A stretch of 20,000 nt of DNA, taken from the IMG/VR virus record IMGVR_UViG_3300019373_000295; one strand, given 5' to 3'. A program made the position numbers and the translations under genes. Numbering within the stretch: the stretch's first letter is position 1; each line of letters opens with the position of its first letter. The notes under the pieces were generated by a model. That model worked only from the letters and a program-made list of their open reading frames with translations, was not told where the DNA came from and made no database searches. Origin of the DNA: an uncultured virus (IMG/VR IMGVR_UViG_3300019373_000295). Taxonomy: Duplodnaviria > Heunggongvirae > Uroviricota > Caudoviricetes. Positions 1 through 7,809 of this stretch are shown one piece after another.

Positions 1-28
1 AGGTTTGTGACCGGTCTGAACAACGCCC

Positions 29-66
29 CTCATATACTGTCGTGGGAGAGGCGATTTGTAAGGGGT
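29..66 (-). repeat. 38-bp repeat copy 1; putative phage-sigma-dependent promoter
   Basis: ctcatatactgtcgtgggagaggcgatttgtaaggggt is 37/38 identical to 12574-12611; both are intergenic, same orientation, and preceded on the minus strand by an A/T tract. Confidence 0.8.
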
Positions 67-91
67 GCAATAAAAATATTTTTGAGTTTTT

Positions 92-1186
92 TTATTTCTC
101 CCACGGAAGCCCCTGCTTTCCGAAGTGCCCGTAGGCAGAAACCTTGTTGTAATCCACATCCAACAGACCGAGAGTTTCGATGATGCCTCTCGGTGTGAGG
201 TCGTAGTTCTCACGGACGTACTGGTTGATAAACTCCGCATCCTGATGCTCTGTTCCGAAGGTCTCCACATACACGGACACAGGCTCGGCCACACCGATGG
301 CATATGCGATCTGCACCTCTGCTTTATCCGCATATCCGGCGCTGACGATATCCCGTGCAATTTTTCTCGCTGCATACGCACCGCTGCGGTCAACCTTGGA
401 CGGATCCTTGCCGGACATCGCACCGCCGCCGATGTGTCCGATGCCGCCGTAGGTATCGCAGGCGAGTTTGCGTCCGGTCACACCGCAGTCTGCAAAAGAG
501 CTGCCGAGAACGAATCTGCCGGTCGGATTGATCAGTTTCTCAAAGTCAGTATTCAGTCCGTACTCTGTCGCTGTTCTCACCATTAGCTTTTCAATGATCG
601 GTCTGAAATCCTCAACATCCACATCGCGGATATGCTGTACCGAACAGAGGAAGGTCGTGATCCTTCCGCTGTCGTAGTCGAAGCTGACCTGCGCCTTGGC
701 ATCGGCTTTCAGCATACGGCAGGGGTACGCTTTCAGCAATACCAGAAATCTGGTTGCGATCACATACGGGATCGGGAGCAGTTCCGGCGTTTCATTGGTC
801 GCATAGCCGTACATCATACCCTGATCGCCTGCGCCGCCGATATTCACACCGAGGGCAATGTCACTGCTCTGGTGATCGACCAGAATCGCAATGTCCAGTT
901 CATCGGCGGAGAAGTCCAGCTTGTAGTCCAGTCCGGCATCGCTGTTCTCCGCGCCACCGTTGTTGATGCGGTCGAACACATCCTGCACGAGCTTTTCGTA
1001 ATCCGGCTCGTGAGTGCTTGTCAGCTCACCGGCGATGACAAGACAGCGGTTCTTGAAAAGACACTCAATCGCAACACGGCTGCTGCGGTCATGCTGCAAG
1101 CAGTCAGTCACGATGGCATCTGAGATCTGGTCACAGATCTTGTCGGGGTGTCCTGCGGATACCTGTTCTGAAGTAATAATTCTCAT
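92..1186 (-). CDS. metK: S-adenosylmethionine synthetase (phage-type)
   Basis: Motifs SEQVSAGHPDKICDQISD, GAGDQGMMYGYA, GGGAMSGKDPSKVDRSGAY, YGHFG; start moved to ATG 1186, which has a GGAGGA RBS. Confidence 0.95.
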   Translation of the reverse strand: MRIITSEQVSAGHPDKICDQISDAIVTDCLQHDRSSRVAIECLFKNRCLVIAGELTSTHEPDYEKLVQDVFDRINNGGAENSDAGLDYKLDFSADELDIAILVDHQSSDIALGVNIGGAGDQGMMYGYATNETPELLPIPYVIATRFLVLLKAYPCRMLKADAKAQVSFDYDSGRITTFLCSVQHIRDVDVEDFRPIIEKLMVRTATEYGLNTDFEKLINPTGRFVLGSSFADCGVTGRKLACDTYGGIGHIGGGAMSGKDPSKVDRSGAYAARKIARDIVSAGYADKAEVQIAYAIGVAEPVSVYVETFGTEHQDAEFINQYVRENYDLTPRGIIETLGLLDVDYNKVSAYGHFGKQGLPWEK

Positions 1187-1187
1187 T

Positions 1188-1379
1188 TTATTTTTCCTCC
1201 TGATCATTTTTCTCAAATACGCACAAGAGCGTACAAAAATCGCCGGATACATCAAGCACGGTTGTTTGTGTCAGTCTCATACCGGGCATTTCGGCAAGTG
1301 CATCGTTGATCATCATATCGATGGTTCTGCCACATTCCTTGTTTTCCATAGCTCCCAGAAATACTCGTGATGTTTGCAT
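1188..1379 (-). CDS. Small hypothetical protein (63 aa)
   Basis: ATG 1379 with AGGAGG RBS; stop is adjacent to the metK start. Confidence 0.65.
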   Translation of the reverse strand: MQTSRVFLGAMENKECGRTIDMMINDALAEMPGMRLTQTTVLDVSGDFCTLLCVFEKNDQEEK

Positions 1380-1515
1380 AGTCTTTTCCTCCTGAATTCT
1401 ATTTTTGGGTCTGTCTCTCACGGATCTGTACCCCGTGCTTTGCAATACACAAAAGCTGTCAACGGCCGTTTTCGCAAAGATCTTATTCTCTTAAAGTCTT
1501 AAAGTGTAATATATA

Positions 1516-1607
1516 TGTTGCTAATGTTGCAGTAGTTTTCTATTATAATAATAAATACACAATAAACATATATAGAGTAACCGATTCTATCTGCAACACC
1601 AGCAACA
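1516..1607. other. Putative replication origin: inverted iteron pairs around an AT-rich core
   Basis: TGTTGCTAATGTTGCAG (1516-1532) and CTGCAACACCAGCAACA (1591-1607) form a 15/17 inverted repeat flanking a very AT-rich 58-bp spacer, just downstream of the primase-helicase. Confidence 0.55.
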
Positions 1608-1669
1608 CGAATAGGCGTAAGCAACGTAAATGCGGACAAAACGCATATATTTACAGCACATCACACCTT

Positions 1670-4141
1670 TTACTCTGTTTCACTGATGGGTACGAAGTCA
1701 TCTTCCGGTTCTTCGCCGACAACCCATATGATATCATTGACCATAGTGGTAGTGCAGGCACCTTCTTCATCTCTGGGTCTCCTGCGCTGATACACAAAGC
1801 CGGCCTGTTCCATCTTTTTGCGGAAATTGGCAGCGTTTTCGTACTTGAAGCCGTTTTCGGCGCACCAGTCCTTGTAACGGCTATAAACTGCCTGCGCTCT
1901 CAGTTCCTGCCCGATTTCCTTCTTCACACATTGAGAAGTGAACATCATAATACGATCAGACTGCTGACGATATTCCTTTGTTGCATTCTCAACAGAGTCA
2001 GGCATATCCAGACCTTCTGTCATATACAGACGAAAGCCCTCAAGACACCAGTTCAGTATACCGGATAAATTTTCGCTTCTGGCAAAGAACGACTTTAGGT
2101 CGATGTCACGTTCTTCAGCGGTGAAGTGGCGGTTGAACGGGATTATCTTGATACGGTCAGATTCAAACAGCGTCATATCCGAGATCTGCGGCAGATGGTT
2201 GGTATCAATAAACAGCTTGAACTGCGGTTTGAACTCGAAGGAATTCTCACGCAGGAAACGGGCGGTCAGGATATTGTTACCGGTCATCTGCTTGGTAAGG
2301 GATGCATCGATCTGCATGGACTTTTCCGGCTCAGAGACATTGACCATTCTTGCGCCGTTCAGACGCGCCACATCCTCGGACGGCCCGGAGGAATCCGCAA
2401 AGCCTTTCTTACTGAGCATATCCGGCTTTGCCGTTCTGCCGTACTCACCGAGAATGCGGAGAATGGTTTCCATTGTGGTACCCTTGCCGTTACGGGAAGT
2501 AGCACCGTAGAGAATGAACATACATTCAAGTCTTGTGTCACCCGACATTGCATAGCCGATTGCTTTCTGAAGATACCTGATTCTTCCCTTGTCGCCCTCC
2601 ATGACCTCGTCCATAAAAGACAGCCATCGGTCACAGACGGCATCCGGCACATAGTCAACTTCGGTCATCTTTGTGAGCATATCTGCCGGATCATGTGCTT
2701 TGAACTCGCCGGTGAGAAGATTGATCGTTCCGTTGTGGCAGTTAAAGAGAAATTTGTCACGATCAAAGGCAGACATATCAACTGTGACTGCCGGATCGGA
2801 AGCGGCGTCCTTTACCATGAGGTCACGGTATTTACGCTGATCCAGTTTCTGCACACGTTCAAGGAATCGTTTTCTGGTATCCTCCGATATAATTCTTGGA
2901 ACGAAAGCAAGCAGCGTATCACGGAAGTCTTTTGCCATTTCAGCAATCTTGATGTCATGCTGATCGGGACGCCAGACACGGCCGTCATAAATATACCAAC
3001 GGCCTCTTGTATCGTTCATCAGGATAATGCTGCGGAAGAAATCCACAAACATTCTGCCATTGCCGATCTGGAAGGATTCATAGCGGGGATTGGTATGCGG
3101 TGAAAGCTCATCGACCGTTGTAGAGAGAAAACGGTAATCAGGTGTAAAGGTGTATCCCTCTCGCTCCCTGCGATCACGCTCTTCCTGAATCGTGCTTGCA
3201 TCGAGATCTGTAAAGTCGAGAAGAACATCGTCCTCATCAGGCAAGCCGCTAACAGGACGATAGATCTCAGAGCATGAGGATACAGCGTTCCGGATCGTGA
3301 TCTCGCCATAGGTTGCATCGCCGGTTCGTCTGTCCCATTTGTCACGCATCAAGCCGCTGCTGCGGAAGATACGGTCGATTTGTTCTTCTACGCAGCCGCA
3401 CCAAAAGCAGAGCATAGACACAAACGCCATGTCTGCATCTGACTGAGAGTCGTATCCTTCCTCCCATCTGCCGTCATAGAGAGCCTTGAACTTATCACCG
3501 GATTTGGATTCCGATGCGTGTTTAATGACCTGTTCATCCGTGAAATATGACACAGGATTGCCTTTGAAAGCGGATGCGGCGCGGGTGCTGCGCTTCATGA
3601 ACGTATCAAGAGCCGTTTTGAGCGCATCATCGTCACGTTCTACAGTTCCTTCCCGGAACATATCTCCGGTCACAGTGACAAAGCGGTTAGTCGTTCCCGG
3701 CAGATAGACCTCCAGACCGTGCTTGCGGTTGTTGATGTAGTACACGGTCTTGTCATAAGCAAAGTCAGGAGAGAGCTTGAAAAAGCCGCGCAGTCCCGTG
3801 CCGGAGGGAGAACGTTCAAAATAAGCAGTTGAGAAGATACCGAGAATGGAAGCCGCCACATCGTTCAGGCTTCCGTCCTCACGGATACAGTGGTCAATAT
3901 CAATGGCACCGATGCCCTCGCTGACACGATAACCGATGCCGTCCCAGCCACCGATCGCATATGCCTTCATAGCGGTCTTGAAGTCGGCGAAGGTGGACGG
4001 ATCGTTGGTCTTTGCCATTGCTCCGGTCTTCGGGTTGTACGGCACCTTAGTCGGTCTGCCACTGCGCTTCTCAAGCTTCCATACGCAGAAGGATGCATTG
4101 TGTTTCAGTGCATCCGGGATATTTACAAAATTTACAGGCAT
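1670..4141 (-). CDS. Primase-polymerase / SF3 (P4/D5-type) helicase fusion, NrS-1 polymerase-like architecture
   Basis: N-terminal prim-pol motifs (GAIDIDHC, ERSPSGTGLR, RFVTVTG), helical-bundle segment (SQSDADM...IDRIFRSSGLMRDKWD), D5_N-like region (FNCHNGTINL), Walker A GATSRNGKGT, motif B VSE, motif C DTNHLP. Confidence 0.9.
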   Translation of the reverse strand: MPVNFVNIPDALKHNASFCVWKLEKRSGRPTKVPYNPKTGAMAKTNDPSTFADFKTAMKAYAIGGWDGIGYRVSEGIGAIDIDHCIREDGSLNDVAASILGIFSTAYFERSPSGTGLRGFFKLSPDFAYDKTVYYINNRKHGLEVYLPGTTNRFVTVTGDMFREGTVERDDDALKTALDTFMKRSTRAASAFKGNPVSYFTDEQVIKHASESKSGDKFKALYDGRWEEGYDSQSDADMAFVSMLCFWCGCVEEQIDRIFRSSGLMRDKWDRRTGDATYGEITIRNAVSSCSEIYRPVSGLPDEDDVLLDFTDLDASTIQEERDRREREGYTFTPDYRFLSTTVDELSPHTNPRYESFQIGNGRMFVDFFRSIILMNDTRGRWYIYDGRVWRPDQHDIKIAEMAKDFRDTLLAFVPRIISEDTRKRFLERVQKLDQRKYRDLMVKDAASDPAVTVDMSAFDRDKFLFNCHNGTINLLTGEFKAHDPADMLTKMTEVDYVPDAVCDRWLSFMDEVMEGDKGRIRYLQKAIGYAMSGDTRLECMFILYGATSRNGKGTTMETILRILGEYGRTAKPDMLSKKGFADSSGPSEDVARLNGARMVNVSEPEKSMQIDASLTKQMTGNNILTARFLRENSFEFKPQFKLFIDTNHLPQISDMTLFESDRIKIIPFNRHFTAEERDIDLKSFFARSENLSGILNWCLEGFRLYMTEGLDMPDSVENATKEYRQQSDRIMMFTSQCVKKEIGQELRAQAVYSRYKDWCAENGFKYENAANFRKKMEQAGFVYQRRRPRDEEGACTTTMVNDIIWVVGEEPEDDFVPISETE

Positions 4142-4617
4142 TCGGGATGTCTCCTTTCAAGGAAAAGCTGTGCAATGACAGCGGTTTCAATACGGTTCAT
4201 CGCATCGGCATCCGAGATATGCCCTGCATAGCTGCGGAGCGCATGCTTGCTGACAGTCGTAAGCTGCTCCGCAAGGATCATGGACGGATCCAGATGCTGA
4301 TGAATATCGGAAATACTGTCGGGGAACAGATGCGTATGGCACGGCAGCTCCGGCTTTTTCAAGTGCCGCGTCATGGGAATGATATTGACCGTGTCGGCGT
4401 GCGCATTGCCCATATCATTCGAGAGAATGATCACAGGACGAATGCCGCCCTGCACGCTGGAATCCGGATGACTGCCGAGATCCGCAAACCAGATGTCGCC
4501 GCGCTGCGGTTTGTGTTCAGCTGTGTGATGCTGCACCGGCGCAGTGATATATTTTCTCGGATCGAAACCGAGCCCTCTGTGGTATTCTGTTTTCAGGCGT
4601 TTGTTCTTACGCGCCAT
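4132..4617 (-). CDS. MazF/PemK-family endoribonuclease-like protein, no adjacent antitoxin
   Basis: RGDIWFADL...SVQGGIRPVIILSND...IIPMT...SMILAEQLTTVSK signature; ATG 4617 with GGAGGTGA RBS; 3' end overlaps the primase start. Confidence 0.85.
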   Translation of the reverse strand: MARKNKRLKTEYHRGLGFDPRKYITAPVQHHTAEHKPQRGDIWFADLGSHPDSSVQGGIRPVIILSNDMGNAHADTVNIIPMTRHLKKPELPCHTHLFPDSISDIHQHLDPSMILAEQLTTVSKHALRSYAGHISDADAMNRIETAVIAQLFLERRHPECL

Positions 4618-4713
4618 AGTTTTCACCTCCGTGGTCTGCGGCGTAACCGAATTGTCGCCGCTTTGCCGTCCTTCTGTCGTCAAATGACAGAAGATCATAC
4701 AGTCTGTATATTG

Positions 4714-6084
4714 TTACAATCTTGCCTTGACTGCGGCGATCAGTTTCTCCTGTGTTACATCCTTATTGGCGAGAGCAGCAAGCACATCTTCATCGACAGT
4801 GTCTTTTGTTACGATATGATGGATCGTGACAGTGTGCTGCTGTCCTTGTCTCCAAAGGCGGGCATTTGTTTGCTGATACAGTTCCAGACTCCATGTCAGC
4901 CCGAACCATATCATAATGTGACCGCCGGACTGAATATTCAGTCCGTGTCCTGCCGAAGCCGGATGTATGAGAGCAACAGCAATCTTTCCGGCGTTCCAGT
5001 CAGTGATGTCAGATGAATCCTTGATATCCCTCGGAGCATAGCCACAAGCGGTCAGATGCTCCATGATACGGGTGCGGTCATGCTTGAACCAGTATCCGAT
5101 CAGCACAGGCTGTCCGTTTGCCGCTTCGATCAGGTCTTCCAGCATCTCCAGCTTTCGGCTGTGAATGGTACGCACTTCCTTGTTTTCGTCATAGACAGCA
5201 CCGTTCGCCATCTGAAGCAGCTTATTACTAAGGCTCGCAGCATTGGCGGCATCAATATCTCCGTCTTCAAGCGGAATGATAAGGTCGTGTTTCAACTGAT
5301 CATAAAGCTTTCGCTCCACCGCATTCATCTCGACCTCATGGTTGACATACACGCACTCCGGCATATCCAAGTAGTCAAGGGCTTTCATGGAAATTGTAAT
5401 ATCCGAGATTTTCTGATATATCTGCTCTTCTGCACCGGGACGGGGTGTATATGAGAATACCACACCCGTACTCGGATTCATGCTGCCGGGCTTGAAGTAG
5501 CTTTCACGGAATCTGCCGATAAACCGCCCGAGCCGTTCGCCACCGTCAAGGATGCCGATCTCCGCCCATAAGTCCATGAGACCGTTTGAAGTCGGCGTTC
5601 CTGTCAGGCCGACCCAGCGTTTCACGAAAGGGCGCACCTTCCGCAGCCATTTGAAACGCTGTGACTGATAGTTCTTGAAGGAACTCAGCTCGTCAATGAC
5701 GATCATGTCAAAATCCCAGCGCAGGCCGTTTTTCTCGTAATACTCCACGAGCCATTTCACATTCTCACGATTCACGATGTAAATAAAAGCATTATGATTG
5801 ACTGCTGCGGTACGCTCCTTGACGCTGCCGACAATGACAGATATTTCAAGATTCTGCAAATGATCCCACTTTTTCACTTCGGCAGGCCATGTGTCACGGG
5901 CTACTCTAAGGGGTGCGATCACAAGCACTTTGTTCACTTTTAGCTCGTCAAACATCAGGGCGTTGAGGGCTGTCAGCGTGATGATCGTCTTGCCGAGTCC
6001 CATGTCCAGGAATAATGCCGAAACAGGATGCTCCCGGATATATTCGATGCAGTATTTCTGGTAATCGTGCGGTGTATATTTCAT
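4714..6084 (-). CDS. SNF2-like (DEAD/DEAH-box) phage helicase
   Basis: DMGLGKT Walker A, VIDELS, LTGTP, SAGHGLNIQ, QTNARLWRQGQ motifs. Confidence 0.92.
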   Translation of the reverse strand: MKYTPHDYQKYCIEYIREHPVSALFLDMGLGKTIITLTALNALMFDELKVNKVLVIAPLRVARDTWPAEVKKWDHLQNLEISVIVGSVKERTAAVNHNAFIYIVNRENVKWLVEYYEKNGLRWDFDMIVIDELSSFKNYQSQRFKWLRKVRPFVKRWVGLTGTPTSNGLMDLWAEIGILDGGERLGRFIGRFRESYFKPGSMNPSTGVVFSYTPRPGAEEQIYQKISDITISMKALDYLDMPECVYVNHEVEMNAVERKLYDQLKHDLIIPLEDGDIDAANAASLSNKLLQMANGAVYDENKEVRTIHSRKLEMLEDLIEAANGQPVLIGYWFKHDRTRIMEHLTACGYAPRDIKDSSDITDWNAGKIAVALIHPASAGHGLNIQSGGHIMIWFGLTWSLELYQQTNARLWRQGQQHTVTIHHIVTKDTVDEDVLAALANKDVTQEKLIAAVKARL

Positions 6085-6521
6085 CCGGTATCATCCTCCT
6101 CCAATTCATAGAATCCTGCCAGCTCATCGGGATTGATCGGTTCAAGCGTTTCACCGAAATCATCCATTTCAGACGGAAGCATTGTGACTTCCAGATCAGG
6201 TATCTTTGCTCCAATACCCTCCGGAAACGGTTCACCGGGCTTCCATGCCAATATTGCATCAATGCACGGTTTGATCTGATGTAGCTTGTCAATGCAGAGA
6301 ACCGGAAAGCCCAGTTTCATCAGCTGATACCGTCTTTTTCTCTGCAGTGGGCGCATCATCTTGCCCGGAGCTTTCAGCTCGACAAACACTGTCTTTGCAG
6401 GAAAGAACAGAACGAGTCTGTCCGGCAGCCCGTTCGCTGTCTGCGATGTCAGCTTATATGCCACACCGCCGGCTGCCTTGACTGCCTTGACAAACTCGTT
6501 CTCAACAACATATTCTCTCAA
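6081..6521 (-). CDS. VRR-NUC domain nuclease
   Basis: GLPDRLVL...FVELKAPG...PLQ motif; probable TTG start at 6521 overlapping the upstream stop (TTGA); acidic C-terminal extension. Confidence 0.85.
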   Translation of the reverse strand: MREYVVENEFVKAVKAAGGVAYKLTSQTANGLPDRLVLFFPAKTVFVELKAPGKMMRPLQRKRRYQLMKLGFPVLCIDKLHQIKPCIDAILAWKPGEPFPEGIGAKIPDLEVTMLPSEMDDFGETLEPINPDELAGFYELEEDDTG

Positions 6522-6751
6522 TATCTGCCGTCCTTCCAGTATTCGCACCAACCGGACGGGAACGGCGTATGACAGCAGTTTCCATAGAAGCGGCAGTTCT
6601 CACAGCACTGGTCGTCTACATACAGTTCCTCGTCACTGTGGTCGTAATCGTCATAGCCGCCGCGGGTGTAATTACAGATCTCCGGCACAGGATATCCGCG
6701 GCGTTTTCTGCGTGTTTTATATCCTTTTCTGTCTTTCCATGTTCTGCTCAT
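6518..6751 (-). CDS. Small Cys-rich hypothetical protein (77 aa)
   Basis: ATGA overlap with the upstream gene and TTGA overlap with the downstream gene; C-terminal CCENC...CCH...WC. Confidence 0.65.
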   Translation of the reverse strand: MSRTWKDRKGYKTRRKRRGYPVPEICNYTRGGYDDYDHSDEELYVDDQCCENCRFYGNCCHTPFPSGWCEYWKDGRY

Positions 6752-7797
6752 GCGTTGATCTCCTTCCACTGTGTTTTCGGCATGGTTGCCACTTGCCAGC
6801 CGATGCCTTCCAGCGCAGTGGCTCTGTCGTAGGACTCTACATCCTGCGAAGCCCGCGTGATGGCATTGCTCAGACCATAGAGGGAGAGATCGCCGCCCTT
6901 GATGAGATAGTTCAGAATGCTGTCCTGTTCCGGCTGATTGAGGTCATATGCCTTGCCGGTCAGCTCGATGACATCCTGAACTCTGCCGGTGATCTTTGCA
7001 CCGTGACTCTGCTCCAATACACCGACGATCTGAGAAAACCTTGCTTCTTCGATTGCAGCAAGCGTTGTGTCACGGAGCTTCAGCATAAAGGCATGATCTT
7101 CTGCTTCGAGCGTTTCATCTGTATAGATATTGAAGCTGTCTTCCAGCGCCTTCGCAGCTCTGCCCACATGGGTACGGCGTTCGCCCATACTGTTGACCAC
7201 CATGCCGTTGGTGCAGGCAAGCGTATAGACAAGGGGCTGCACGGAAACAGCGCCGAGCCCGACCTCGGAATTGGAAATGATAACACCTGCCTGAACTCTG
7301 TCTCCGACACAAGCCATTTCAAGGCGATGATTGACGATCTTCAGATACAGCTTGTTCTCGGTAACCTCGCAGCTCATGACCTCCATGCCGTCCCACCCTG
7401 CAAACAGTGGCAGCACCGCCGATGCGATCTCCAAGTTATCGATACGGCGATAGCGGTCAGATAATAAAGCTCTTGCGACCTGTCCGCTACCATAGTCAAG
7501 CGTTCTGACCATGTAGCTGTTGTCCTTGTCGGAGAACCATGCGTTCACGTTATCTGCCAGAAGCTCCGGCTTCTGTTTCTGCATCATATCATAATATCTC
7601 GCGGGGATACCGAGTGCCGATGCCACCTGACGATGGAAAAGCTGTGTTGTGCCGAAGCTGTGATCATCCCCGATGCGGAATGTGCTGCCGTCCTCGTCCA
7701 GACGGAATGCCTCCGCCGCACCGATATAGTCCTGCTTTGCCGCATTCTGACGCTGAAGCTCTGTCAGCACCTCCGGTAATGCTCGTCCCTGTTTCAT
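6748..7797 (-). CDS. DUF932-family protein
   Basis: RALLSDRYRRIDN, GVIISNSEVGLGAVSVQPLVYTLACTNGM, LYGLSNAIT patterns; GGAGGA RBS. Confidence 0.75.
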   Translation of the reverse strand: MKQGRALPEVLTELQRQNAAKQDYIGAAEAFRLDEDGSTFRIGDDHSFGTTQLFHRQVASALGIPARYYDMMQKQKPELLADNVNAWFSDKDNSYMVRTLDYGSGQVARALLSDRYRRIDNLEIASAVLPLFAGWDGMEVMSCEVTENKLYLKIVNHRLEMACVGDRVQAGVIISNSEVGLGAVSVQPLVYTLACTNGMVVNSMGERRTHVGRAAKALEDSFNIYTDETLEAEDHAFMLKLRDTTLAAIEEARFSQIVGVLEQSHGAKITGRVQDVIELTGKAYDLNQPEQDSILNYLIKGGDLSLYGLSNAITRASQDVESYDRATALEGIGWQVATMPKTQWKEINA

Positions 7798-7809
7798 AGA
7801 AAAATCCTC

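Noticed and set aside
29..66. 38-bp repeat as attL/attR or CRISPR repeat
   Set aside because: Only two copies, both internal to phage-like gene runs; no integrase or tRNA adjacent
1380..1500. SAM riboswitch or sigmaA promoter upstream of the metK unit
   Set aside because: No S-box/SMK consensus recognised; the minus-strand TTGACA lacks a properly spaced -10
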